A stretch of 62,109 bases of DNA, counting the filler, from Sphacelaria rigidula (lineage: Eukaryota): assembly GCA_964200075.2 (NCBI GenBank). It is 7 parts of 7 records of this genome, joined end to end, with 100 filler letters (N's around TTAATTAATTAA, not from the genome) between each part and the next. Parts side by side here need not be neighbours in the genome. Positions count along the whole stretch, not along the records: positions 44,438 to 53,223 come from CAXNAA020010103.1; positions 53,324 to 62,109 come from CAXNAA020010104.1; 5 more parts are not named here. The stretch is one strand, 5' to 3'. The translations under genes were made by a program, and so were the position numbers. How positions within the stretch are numbered: position 1 is the stretch's first letter; each line of letters opens with the position of its first letter. The notes under the pieces are model-generated. The model was given only the letters and a program-made list of their open reading frames with translations, ran no database searches and was not told where the DNA came from. Below, piece after piece: positions 50,551 through 62,109 of this stretch.

Positions 50551-51665
50551 ACGACTGAGTATTGAGCTCGGGAGTTGTGCTACAGCTTGTGCGGCACCAC
50601 GCGGCACAAAATTGACTGTATCCGAAAATTCAATCTCAGCCGTTTTCTTTTGGCTAATTCCGCCGCACATAGTACCCTNNNNNNNNNNGCACTTGACTAC
50701 AGTTTGGTATTTCGTTCGATGGGACCTCGTCGGATCGCAGTGCTACATGGATTTGAAGACGCGCGCTGATTTGCCGACTACCACGATGTGTCATGGTAGG
50801 CATAACTTGCGATACATCGTCAGTTCGAACGGACTGAAGGAGAGTGAGCTTCTTAGGCGGGCCAGCCTGTACGCATGTGTGTTCTCGCGCAGCAGGAGGT
50901 AAAGCAGTAGTACAGACAGTACGTAGTCTGTTCTGTCTACAGATAAGAGGATCTGAAGAAGATTTGAACAACGTGCAGTTTTGTACTGTCTGCACTTTTC
51001 ATGAGCATCTACGCATTTCGGTTGCTCACTATACCATACAATTCCGTCGACGACCCCTACCCATAAAATATGCTCGAGGTTTCCCCCAGGAAGAAAAACA
51101 CGCATCATGCCAAGGGGGTGATAGTGCCGATTCCCAACCACTGCGGTGTGTGTATTCCTTCGCTCAACTCGTGCTCTATGCTGCAGGGTTGCGGTGGTAG
51201 TTGAGACTGATTTGTGTGGGAACTGCGTTGTTTTGTGGAGGGGTGGTATCTGGCGCCATCGTCTGCAAGGTGAAAGTCAACTTCTTCTTTGTGCCTTTCC
51301 GCCGCATGCTTTCAATCGAGAAGGCTAAGCTTTGCCATTTTTTCCCTTCCGTCTGCGCGCGATTGGTTCTCAATAATGGCTGAAGCCGTTTATGAACGTG
51401 AATGACGTGGACCTACCAGATCGGAAACGTTCTTTTTCGCCGCACTTTTTCGATCGGTTTTTCCTCGAAACACATGCCCCTGAGTGAGGCAGCAAGCAAA
51501 AATAAACACAAACAGAGCGTGCTCTCTACAGGCTACCAAAGTCCTTGCACTATGTTCTATCTTCATAATGCTGAATTCTCTCATCGTCTTATTTCCACTG
51601 TATTATTTTCATAAGCATTATCATCATCTTCATTTCGTTGACGACTGCATGCCGCAAACCACCAG

Positions 51666-51887
51666 GTTCTACTCTGGACAGGCGTCGGCCTGATGCTATA
51701 CCAATTCGTCGGCTACCCCTACCTGTGCCGGAAAATTGGGATTGCTAAGCTGCTGCATGTCTCGGGCGTCATTACGTGCGTGTTACTGGCGGTCATGCCG
51801 GACACGCTTAGGATAGAATGGAGCGACGGCGGCTCATATTTTGTGGCGCTCGTGATCTTCATCGCTATCGACGTTGGCTCATCTGTG
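51666..51887 (+). CDS. MFS transporter (ZIFL/DHA1-like), penultimate exon
   Basis: CCAG|VLLWTGVGLMLYQFVGYPYLCRKIG...AIDVGSSV|GTGCGT, 74 codons, three hydrophobic helices. Confidence 0.82.
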
Positions 51888-52656
51888 GTGCGTTTGACCT
51901 ACGTTTGTATACACCAGAGGTATTGTTTGTTGGATTTAGAACAAAACAAAACAATGGTACTAGTAATAGTATTTGTTCTTATTAAAAATGAGTAATAAAA
52001 ATGATGCCCAGCGTTCATGTGCGTGCTCTAGGTTTTGGATGAATCATAATCATTGTCCAGTCAATGAGAACCAAAGACGAGGGAGGTAGGGTTTGTCACT
52101 TAATATGTGTCTATATCCAGGTGTCGGTGTTGGTCATCTTAGAGCTCACCTTGTTCGTCATTGATCGTTTGACTTCACTTATTGTATCTGTCGTATCCCA
52201 TATCTGCAAGCATTTTTTGTTAAAATCTGTTGATTGTAGGTGTAGTCGTTGATGTCGATATCGTAGCTGCCGTCGTCGTCGTCGTCCTTGATGTCTTCAC
52301 CGGTCATTATCCATCAAATCGAAACAGCGTTGTTAGCCTTTGCCATCACCTACCCCAGCGCCAGAGGCGCTGTTACCTCGATTAACACCCCTTCCTGATT
52401 TCAAAACCAGTGGTGCTGATCAATGCTTCGGCGTGCAAGGAGTCATCATCAACCAGCAACCCTCAAAGTCATCAGTGTATTTGATGATACAAACTTCAGT
52501 TTCCACAACAAGTTCATAACCTTGTAAATGAGCTGAGCATGTACCCCCCCCCCCCCCCTTGCCCCCTCCCCTGGCCCACATGCCCTGCTTCCTCGCCTCG
52601 AAATCCTGAAACGTCGGCAACGCGCGAAACACAATCGAAAAAAATAAAATAAATAG

Positions 52657-53049
52657 TGGAATATTGCACTGTCGCTAGCTGCGACAAACGCAGTCCCGGT
52701 ACACAAACGCGGCGAATTCATGGGCTTCTTCACGGTCGTCGAGACCCTGGGGAGGGCGGTGGGACCCGCTGCATTCGGCAGCGCGTTGGCCTGGTCTGTA
52801 GAGGACCACCGAGGGAATACCGGCGGGTGGCTGCATGCCTGGGGCAATCTCGTGGACTTCCACCTAGTGTTCGTGGTGCAGGCTCTGTGCATGCTAGCGG
52901 TGGTGGTGTTGGGGTGGTCCACGCTCACCCCCGAGCGGCTCACCGTCCGTCTGGAGGATCGATGTCGCCGCAACGACCCGGATGGTGGTAATGCCGGCGA
53001 GCGTGGTGATGGCGTTTCGCCCGCTTACTCACCCGTGGTCTGCACGTGA
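52657..53049 (+). CDS. MFS transporter (ZIFL/DHA1-like), last exon
   Basis: TAG|WNIALSLAATNAVPVHKRGEFMGFFTVVETLGRAVGPAAFGSALAWS...DFHLVF...stop; the N-x-V-P-x-x-x-R-G and R-A-x-G-P motifs of MFS helices 10-12. Confidence 0.87.
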   Translation, partial: WNIALSLAATNAVPVHKRGEFMGFFTVVETLGRAVGPAAFGSALAWSVEDHRGNTGGWLHAWGNLVDFHLVFVVQALCMLAVVVLGWSTLTPERLTVRLEDRCRRNDPDGGNAGERGDGVSPAYSPVVCT

Positions 53050-53223
53050 TGCTGACATCTGTTCTCTTTGTTTTTTCCGCGTGTTACTCCCTTTTTCGTG
53101 TAGATGTTTTGTCTCTTGCGTTCTTCTGCGGGCTGTTTGGGTTTATGGGTATAGGTGGTATGCTCCTTGCACTCTGTGACCACGGGTTCGAGATATGGAG
53201 CTAATGTGACGAATATAATAATA

Positions 53224-53323
53224 NNNNNNNNNNNNNNNNNNNNNNNNNNNNNNNNNNNNNNNNNNNNTTAATTAATTAANNNNNNNNNNNNNNNNNNNNN
53301 NNNNNNNNNNNNNNNNNNNNNNN
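53224..53323. other. Artificial contig linker
   Basis: Same 100-bp spacer. Confidence 0.98.
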
Positions 53324-53617
53324 CGAGTCGACTCATCATACTAAAACCAAGTAATTTCCAGACGAATCAATATTTGTGCGACCCTTGGATTTTTTCGAAC
53401 TAAAACACTAACCCTAACCCTGACCCCGACCCAGCCAGGCATCCGAGAACCCTTGGGCAAGGAGGGTGCAAAGGTTGTCCTACGTGAAGTGCGCGTTGCC
53501 AGACCTGAAAAAACACGTTCTGGGCAAGCCAGGAGCATTCATCCCTTGTCAAACTCCGAGTATCGGTGTTCACTCTATAATCAAGTAGTCAACCACAGAT
53601 TTTCGACCAATGCTCAA

Positions 53618-53719
53618 CCCTGAGACCGCGAGGGTAGTCCATCTGGATCATGCATGTTTTCCCCATGTGAAAGTGGTGCCGATTCAAGAGATGACCTACT
53701 CTTCCCGTCTGGGGTTTAA
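53618..53719. mobile_element. Diverged single copy of the 100-bp piggyBac-like MITE
   Basis: Aligns to 16124-16230. Confidence 0.7.
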
Positions 53720-55504
53720 CCCGTAGACAGCGAGCGTCGCTTCGGAACAGTTTCATCGGCGGACAGTCCAGGGACATCTGAGGTTTTCCAGGGGGTGGAG
53801 GAGTGGTTTTTGGCAGGGGGTGTGGGTCTGTTTTCAAGACTGCAGAAAAGCTCAACAAGTCAACCACGCGTGTATGAAAGTTCCCCCATAAAAATCACAT
53901 GCCAAGAAGGATGCCCGAGAGGAGCGAGGTGGCCAAGCTGACCAATCACGGCTGCCAAATTCGTCACTTTGTTCCTCTACAGCCGGACTGCGGGTGTACT
54001 ATTTTGCTGTCTAGCCGTTTTTCTCTCTCGGTGTCCACAATCCAACTACAGATGACTGGACACAAACAATGTGCTTTTCACTTTACTCGCCCTCTATGCC
54101 ACGTGCCTGACTCCTCATGTGTTACCAGAACGGCATGTGTTGCCGAAACGGCATGTGTTGCCAGAACGGCTACACACTGTCTGAAGTATTGTTGAACACG
54201 AAGCAGAGACACCAGCAGCATGCGGCAGAACGGCTACACACTGTCTGAAGTGTTGTTGTGGAACACGAAGTGGAGACATCAGCAGCATGCGGTAGACTGT
54301 GTTTAGTGGAGAGCGTTGTCACGCTGCCTGTTTCTTGTCGTTTTGTTGAGCAAAGACATGAAGCACACATGATGACTCTGCATGCATTTTACTGCAGGGT
54401 CGAAACCGGTCAGGGGTTATCCCGGACTGTTTTCTACGTGGATGCCACACATCCACATGTTCATGAAAAAGGCCTCTTGTTTAGTTAGAACAGAGCTGTT
54501 CTGAGCCCCAAATGTGACATGAACCATCTCAGTCCACCTGCGGGGGGGTCGCTGTTTGAGGGTTAACCTCTACTGGATATTTCAGGGCGATATGCGGAGG
54601 AACCCAAGATCATGTTACTGCAGTTATATCATCGTGGTTCCGTGAGAGCACTCTCATTTCCCTGAGAGCTCGCGGTCGTCATACTTGAGGTACCTGGGAT
54701 TGAAACAACACATAGCAGCATATTCGCGGCGCAGCCAGGGGGGTGCAGAGTAGAACCGTCGACGAAGGACAAGGTAAAACTTGGGAGACCACCCACGAGT
54801 GAACGTAGTACACTCGGTTATACTGGTACGGTAAGCCGTACTGCACTCTGGTGCAGGTGGCTGCCGTTGGAGAACATCGCGTAAGTTCAAAAGGAAGGCT
54901 TCGGCGGCCGCAACGGTCGTCAAGAGCGATTTACAACGCAGTACTGCTGACTGCACTGTACACTCGCACTACTGTCTGATGAGCAATTCGCTGTCTGTGT
55001 CGTCCACTCGTACTGCACTGTACACCCATACTCTAATGTACGCAAGTACTACTGCTGTCTTCGCCGTGGCTGTGCTGTTCGGTACACGGCTACTGTACTG
55101 ACTGTACTTTTGTACTCTACGCTTGTAGTATAGGCGACGACGCGGGTAGTTCCGTTTTGTAAATTTAGGTCTGAGAAGCAACTTGTGCGGGTTGCATTTT
55201 ATTTTCAACATCTTCAAACGGTGACATGCGTATTAGAACCTAGGTTTTGAAGTGGGGGGAATCGCCATATTGCGAGGCCCGCGTTTTTCCCGGGAGTGTT
55301 CAGTGATCCGCCAGCAGTTGGGGTCGTGCAAGAGCCTAATTTTTACTCTAGGATTGACAGTGAGGGAGCAACGAGACCAGGGTCTTGAGATGGGAGATCA
55401 TATGTCGGACTTCCATTGTGTTTAGGTCGCGGTCGAGATTGACCGATGGGGGCAAGCCCAGCCGTGACATAGCTGGCCGTTTCACGTCAGCTAGAGCCTT
55501 GTTG

Positions 55505-55527
55505 ATGTGGTGGTGGTGGTGGTGGTT

Positions 55528-55559
<32 letters not shown>

Positions 55560-55565
55560 TGTGGT
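55505..55565. repeat. (GTG)n(GTC)n microsatellite
   Basis: Read directly. Confidence 0.9.
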
Positions 55566-57686
55566 TACTGTCGTCTGTCATATTCTGCGCTGTCGATTGT
55601 CCATCGTACAAATGATCGTGTCTCAACGCTACCGTGGGGCCTGTGTATGTACATACGCTACGTGTGAGCATGTCACTGTTGTTCTCCCGCTTTTTTAGAC
55701 GAAAACGAAAACCGTTCAAAACGTTTATACTCCACACGACAAACGCCATGACCCCTCCCTTCCCCCCCACCCCCCAACCCGCGGCTGTCCGCTCCCTCTC
55801 CCTATTTGCATGTTGCCTTGGTTTCCCACGCCTTGTGGTTATGTCGTTTGGTCTCAATATAGGTGCAACCGCAATAAGAAGTGCGAGTTCAGCCAAAGGT
55901 ACAGCGAAGGGAGCTCTTGGAGCGCATACCAGGTACTCCGTGCATAGTTGTTGCACTACCAGGTGGTCGGCTCATGTGACAGTCTTCTGAGTACATGAAA
56001 ACTCCGGAACCGAGTTAAGCGATGGGCATCAATCAGCGCCCGGCAATTGATTTGCCTAAAAACACAAACGAGCAGTATGTCGGAATCTTCGTGCGCGTAT
56101 CTTTCAATTCCCGGATATGCCCGGGTATGGCCGGTCGAAGAGAGTGCCCTCGTAGGCGTACTGTTAGTATTGGCGATTGATGCCCTCGAACTAGCTTGGA
56201 TCAGTTTCAGCGATCAGAACAAGAAATCCGCTGAATTTCACTGGGGGTATATTGAAAAATATTGAGTAACCCGAAGGATATGAGAGGCTGCCGAGCCTTG
56301 TATCAAGCAGATCTGTACTCTCAAGGAATTGTTTGCTGAGGTCAAGCGTACACGCAGCTGCCGATAGGTGTACTATGATGTACTGCGACGACACCGTTCA
56401 TTTCTTGAACGTTCGTGTGTCTACACGGCCTTTTTCGGCGGATTTCTGAAATCTAGACTGTACTTCCACTGGAACAGCTAACGGCGGACACCGCGCAACA
56501 AACCGCGCTTGAATCCTCATTGTGATCCACGAAATATGCTTCGCCGAAGATATGGCGTCTTCTCACTGAGGGCAGGCACAAGCAGATCATGTTGTCGAGT
56601 GGAACCGTGCCGGGCTTTGCCAGGATTGGATGTTCGGGACGACTGGGGAAAACCCGTGATCTCAGCTTCACTATGAAAATACCATGCTGCCGCGGCCATC
56701 GTTATAAACCACCTGTCGGGTTAGACGCCAGTGAATGCCATCCTGCAAGCACGTGATGACATCGGTGACGTGCCAGCTGTAAATATTTTGTAGATCTACC
56801 AAATCTCGGAGGGCAGAACGCACAGGAGCATATGTGTGGTACGTGTATGTTAAACGTTTCATAGGTTGTTTTTCGCTCTCTCCCAGGTATTAGTAGTGTA
56901 TGACTGAGTACCCTACTATTTCTCCGACACGTGGGTTTTCGTCAAGATAATGGTGCGTTGTCACACTGTACTGTTTATGGTCCCATTTTCCTCCATGTAT
57001 ACGGCAGCGAGTAGGAACCACACTAATGCCGCGCGGCGCTCCGTCTCATGAGTAATGATATCATGTCAGCGATTCAGGATTCGAAGCCCGTGCGGCGACG
57101 TGAAAAATCACCGATATTTTCTGTCAAACTGTTTTTCGTAAACTCTAGCTCACAGCGTATATGGTTGCTCACGGTCTATCTGTGTGAATTTGTGACGACT
57201 TTATCCGCTCTACTTTTGATTGGCTCATCAGAATATCATGTCCATGGCTAAAGACTAAATATCAATCATGGGCGAGTCCGATTGATACTGCGAACCGCAC
57301 GCCAGTGGAACTTATTATACTGTACAATATCCGTGAATTTTTTCCTTCTGTTTCATATTCACAACGATCGTACGCCGTCAAACCTCAAGATCCACACCTT
57401 CGATCAGGCTTACTTTTGTGAGAAAATCTAGATCTTGAAGGGTTCAGTAGGTACTAGTTCAAACAACGCGATAGGTATTCTCGTGGCGTGTGTTTCGTAA
57501 TGACATGTACCGCGAAGAGAGGAGGTGAAGTGCACATGGTCTGCGTGGTGCGTATCCCTGGCTGTTGACACCATACAAATATGAAGCGTTGAGAGTATAC
57601 CGTACAGCAAACATCCCTCACACGGAGAGTTACCTTGCCTGCTGAGTTGATGCAACTGATTTTGTTCATGGGCCGCGAGCGAGCAG

Positions 57687-57893
57687 GTGGAGGACGTTCT
57701 GTGGGTAGGAGAGCTCACGCTAGAGGACAAGCAGCTCTTTCAGGATGAATCCGCCTACGCTGTCGAGTTCATGTTTGGGTGCATCCAGAGCCAGACGGGT
57801 CTATTCAAGACCCAATTAGCGGATGGCATTATGGGAATGAGCGCCGACAAGCACACATTAGTATGGCAACTAGCGGCGGCGGAGAAGATAAAG
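57687..57893 (+). CDS. Pepsin-family (A1) aspartic protease, single internal exon
   Basis: GCAG|VEDVLWVG...FMFGCIQSQTGLFKTQLADGIMGMS...LVWQL..IK|GTGCGG, 69 codons; FGC...GLF..Q.ADGIMG is typical of the A1 family. Confidence 0.9.
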
Positions 57894-58319
57894 GTGCGGA
57901 TTAACTTTGTATTCGCGCGGTTTGGATATGTTTCTGATACAGTCTACTGAAAACGGACTACAACATATATGCATGGTGGTATTTTTACTCTTCATCGTTT
58001 GAGCGCTTGATCTCTTCTCGGAATATTATGCCGTCTTACCTTCGAAGGCGGCAACGCCGACGCTACAGCTGACTAAATCCTTCATGGTGTGAACGAATCA
58101 CAGTTCATCCGGGTTGACTCCCGTTAATTGTTGAATGTGAATCATGTACCATAGAGTCTCCCGGTATGATAACGGATGGTAGAGTTGTACGTTCAAGGTC
58201 GCCGGACCGGACCGCCCAGCTATTGAACTGGGAAGGTGTACACTCCACGGAGTGTCGCACGGATCGAGAAAGCAAAATATGTGCGAAGCACAATCGCTGT
58301 ATGAATCATTGGTCGGAAA

Positions 58320-58740
58320 CATGTGCGCTCGATTCATCTCGGGTGAATCGAAGGCGAGGACATGAACATGTACATATGATTCATGCTGCATGAATGGAAT
58401 CTGGGAAGCATGTGCGCTTGATTCACCTCGTATGGATGGAAGGCAGTGAACACGTATACGTTGAATTCGTGATGCATGAATGGAAATTGGGAAACATGTA
58501 TGGTTGATTCACCTCGTACGAATGAAAGGTGAGGAGCATGTACATATGATTCATACTGCATGAATCGAAGTGGAGATAACTGTACGCTTGATTCACCTCG
58601 TATGACTGGAGAGTGCGAAACACGTACCAATGGTTTATGCTGGACGAATGTAAGGCGCAGAATAAGACATATGATTCATGCTGCATGGGTCGAAGGGGAG
58701 AAGTACAGTATGCACCCATGATTCATGCCGTATGAAAGGA
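58320..58740. repeat. Tandem array with 42-43 bp monomers in alternating types
   Basis: GATTCA at 58331, 58378, 58420, 58506, 58548 and 58590. Confidence 0.85.
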
Positions 58741-59290
58741 AGGTTTCGTACTCATGCGCTCTGTTGTCCGCTGTACAGACTGTACAGTACTATAGTGATG
58801 AGTGCGTTGACTATTTTTGTTTAGAAGGCTTTTCTTCTCGCGACTACTCTTCGATAGAACTCGAAAGTGCCAGCGTCGGTAAATTTTGGTAAAATGAACA
58901 GGTCGTGAAGGGAGACATTTTTGGATGAGCTACACTCGATAGCTCACCCAAGGATAACATGTGTAGCTCACGCAGCTCTTACCGCTCATCCGGGGAAAGC
59001 ATGTGCGGATGAGCTGCACCCGGTAACTCACCGCCGGAACACATGCTCGTAGCTCGCTCACGTCATTTGCCTAGCTCGCCGCTGGCAAACCCTGTGTCGC
59101 TCATGATGCCAAATTATTGTTAGGACGGAGGGCGCAACATATCATTAGGTTGTGATGTCCTGCCTCGCTCCTCGCTCTTTGCGGTGGGAAATAAAGAAGT
59201 CAACACAAATCCTCGTTCGCTTGGTGGAATGTTTGAAAAATATATTAATATTCAGGGTCTTCAGTAGTCGACCAATTCATTTCTTTTGAC

Positions 59291-59495
59291 CCCTTGGCCG
59301 TGAGGGTACGAGTCCAGGTGGTCATGCACACTTTTCTCAAGTGAAGCTGAAGCCAATTCAACAGATGACCTATGCTTGCCGTCAAAGGGTTCACCGTTTG
59401 ACCGCAAGGGTAGGCGATCTGTTACATCAGCATAATTCATATTATTTTCGGTCGTGAGTGATTCCGATTCAATCGATCGCCTACCCTAGCGATCC
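59291..59495. mobile_element. Diverged dimer of the 100-bp piggyBac-like MITE
   Basis: CCCTTGGCCGTGAGGGTA...CAAAGGG|TTCA|CCGTTTGACCGCAAGGGTAG...CTACCCTAGCG. Confidence 0.65.
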
Positions 59496-59704
59496 ACTGC
59501 ATTGTTTCCGACTGAAGCGCCGCTAGAGCTGCTGCCCCCGGCGGTTGCCACGCAGGGCAGGTTGTGTGTATGGTTGTGTGTGGGTGTGGTGGCTACGGTG
59601 CGGATGGCCTAAAATCCATCGCTGCACGAAACGGAACACAAGTTTGTACACATGTAACCGTTTTCAATTATCAACGTGCATGAGTATCGGAACAGAAACA
59701 ACTC

Positions 59705-61729
59705 CAGAGTCGGCGTAGCTCCCGTAGCTTTTTACCTCAACCAGAACGAACATCCGTAGCTCATGTATGTCTCATAGCCCATGCAGGGCAGAAATGCGCG
59801 GATGAGATACATCCGGTAGCTGATCCAGGGCAAACATGCGTAGCCCACGCAGCTCTCATGGCCCATCCAGGGCAAACGTGCGTAGCTCATGCAGCTCACA
59901 TAACTCGCCCAGGACAAACATGTGTAGCTCATGCAGCTCTCAAACCTCACCCAGGGTGAATATGAGCTGATGAGCTACGGGTTGGGAGCTCACCAAGGGC
60001 AAACACGCGTAACCCATGCAGCTCTCATAGCGCACCCAGGGAGAATATGAGCTGATGAGCTACGGGTGGGTAGCTCACCCAGGACAACCATGCGTAGCCC
60101 ATGCAGCTTTCATAACTCACGCAGGGCGAATAGGAGCTGATGAGCTACGGGTAGGTAGCTCACCCAGGACAAACATGCGTATCTCATGCAGCTCTCATAG
60201 CTCACGCAGGGAGATATGAGCTGATGAGCTACGGGTAGGTAGCTCACCCAGGACAACCATGCGTATCTCATGCAGCTCTCATAGCTCACGCAGGGAGATA
60301 TGGGCTGATGAACTACGGGTAGGTAGCTCACCCAGGGCAAACATGCGTAGGTCATGCAGGTCTCATAGCTCATCCAGGGCGAATAGGAGCTGATGAGCTA
60401 CGGATTAGTAGCTCACCTAGGGCAAACATGTGTAGGTCATGTAGCTCTCATACCTCACCCAGGGAGAATATGAGCTGATGAGCTACGGGTTAGTAGCTCA
60501 CCAAGAGCAAACATCCTTAGGTCATGCAGCTCTCATAGCTCACCCAGGACAAACATGCGTAGCTCAGGCAGCTCTCATACCTCACTCAGGACGAATATGA
60601 GCTGATGAGCTACGGGGGTTAGTAGCTCACCCAGGGCAAACATGCGTAGCTCATGCAGCTCTCATACCTGACCAGGACGAATATGAGCTGATGGGCTACA
60701 GGTTGATAGCCCACCCAGGGCAAACAAGCGTAGATTATGCAGCTCTCAAACCTCACCCAGGACAAACATGCGTAACTCATGCAGTTCTCATACCTCACCC
60801 TACCTCGCCCAGGGTGAATATGAGCTGATGAGCTACAGGTGGGTAGCTCACCTAGGGCAAACATGTGTAGGTCATGTAGCTCCCATAGCTCACCCAGGGC
60901 GAATATGAGCTGATGAGCTACGGGTTGGTAGCTCACCTAGGGCAAACATGTGTAGCTCATGTAGCTCCCATAGCTCACCCAGGGCGAATATGAGCTGATG
61001 AGCTACGGGTTGGTAGCTCACCTAGGGCAAACACGTGTAGCTCATGTAGCTCTCATAGCTCACCCAGGACAGTCATGCGTAGCTCATGCAGCTCTCATAT
61101 CACCCAAGACTAACATCCGTAGCTCACGCAACTGTCATGATTCACCCAGGGAGAGTATGAGCTGATGAGCTACGGGTTGGTAACTCACCTAGGGCAAACA
61201 TGCGTAGGCCATGCAGGTCTCATAGCTCATCCAGGGCGAAAAGGAGCTGATGAGCTACGGGTTACTAGCTCACCTAGGGCAAACATGCGTAGCTCATGCA
61301 GCTCCCATAGCTCACCCAGAGCAAACATGTGCAGGTCATGTAGCTCTCATACCTCACCCAGAACAAACATGCGTAGCTCATGCAGCTCTCATATCTCACT
61401 TAGGACGAATATGAGCTGATGAGCTAAGGGCTGGTAGCTCACCTAGGGCAAACAAGCGTAGATCATGCAGCTATCATAGCTCACCCAGGGAGAATATGAG
61501 CTGATGAGCTACGGGTGGGTAGCTCACCCAAAGCAAACATGTGTGGGTCATGCAGCTGTCATAGCTCACCCAGGGAGAATATGAGATGAGCTACGAGTCA
61601 TTGGCTAACCCAGAGCAAACATGGGTAGCTCATGCAGTTCCTATACCTGACCAGGACGAGTGTGAGCTGATGAGCTACGGGTTGGAAGCTCACCTCGGGC
61701 AAACATCCTTAGATTATGCAGCTGTCATA
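59705..61729. repeat. Satellite of about 2 kb built from 42-bp (A) and 43-bp (B) monomers in AB and AAB order
   Basis: A = AGCTCACCCAGGGCAAACATGCGTAGCTCATGCAGCTCTCAT; B = AGCTCACCCAGGGAGAATATGAGCTGATGAGCTACGGGTnGGT; degenerate copies at 58925-59103. Confidence 0.95.
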
Positions 61730-62109
61730 CGAGCTGGGCCAGCCGAGAAGCGATTCTGCAGTTTGCAGGCCCATCACACAGCCAATGCCTGGAGCTGGAC
61801 CCTGAAATTTGGTATGGACAATGAGTAGGGCATGAAAAAAAAATTACTGGCGCACACAAGTGTTTTTTTCCCCCATGAGTTGGGGGTATTTCACCGATAT
61901 CTGAAAACTGATTATTGCCCTTAACTCATGAAAAAAAAAAAAACTTGTGTACGCCAGTAATTTTTTGTCATTATGCCCTCCTCACTGTCCAAATCAAATT
62001 TCAGGGTCCAACTCCAAGTATTGGCCGTATAATGGATCGTTTAGTGACAGGGTCAGAAGGAATTTGGAACAGTATTTTGGAGGCCATTCACTGGCCCACC
62101 TTTGGTGCT
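61730..62109 (-). mobile_element. Tc1/mariner-type element (35877-37164 family) inserted at a TA in the satellite; truncated by the window end
   Basis: TA|CGAGCTGGGCCAGCC; same internal hairpin at 61790-62020. Confidence 0.85.

Noticed and set aside
53405..53430. Telomere (CTAACCCTAACCCTGACCC; also TTAGGG-like words at 48205-48400)
   Set aside because: Only two or three degenerate units, internal to the contig
55348..55956. 202-aa ORF with poly-D and poly-H
   Set aside because: Held open by microsatellites; no domain or splice support
59732..61419. Cys/Tyr-rich repeat proteins (MSYACLPWVSYESC)
   Set aside because: These arise from translating a 42-bp unit; the 43-bp units shift the frame repeatedly
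59960..61700. Tandem hammerhead ribozymes (CTGATGA followed by a GCTAC...GTAGC stem in every B unit)
   Set aside because: The stem is followed by TCAC rather than the essential GAAA, and no stem III or cleavage triplet can be built
59705..61729. CRISPR-like array
   Set aside because: There are no unique spacers; both alternating units are themselves repeated, the context is eukaryotic and no cas gene is present
5275..62109. Fanzor/TnpB or other cargo inside the TIR elements
   Set aside because: I saw no RuvC (DPG, E, RD.NA) or Zn-ribbon motif set, and the element interiors are short and non-coding; an HMM search would be needed to exclude decayed copies

Overview
Eukaryotic nuclear DNA, most plausibly from a brown alga (inferred from intron-rich GT-AG genes, a flagellar DRC1 gene and the transposon complement). 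The window is not contiguous. It is seven unlinked contigs of 8788, 8788, 8787, 8787, 8787, 8786 and 8786 bp, sorted by length and joined by 100-bp N/TTAATTAATTAA/N linkers, so no neighbourhood can be read across a linker. Four host gene fragments were reconstructed by hand from splice sites: the first two exons of DRC1/CCDC164, a seven-exon PH-domain gene with an acidic repeat tail, the last two exons of a ZIFL-like MFS transporter, and one exon of an A1 aspartic protease. Most of the rest is transposon debris: two Ty1/copia relics, two RTE-like LINE fragments plus isolated 3' tails, and nested hAT-, Tc1/mariner-, piggyBac- and CAC-ended MITEs, many with readable TSDs. Best leads: (i) two unrelated GC-rich fold-backs of about 265 nt (19162-19426, 48558-48820) that resemble miRNA/siRNA precursors built from exon-like sequence; (ii) six sequence-unrelated tandem arrays that all have a 41-44 bp monomer, three of them inside elements with 8-bp TSDs; (iii) the PH-domain protein, whose C-terminal region I do not recognise. 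I found no CRISPR array, rRNA, tRNA or intact transposase. All calls are by eye, without database searches.
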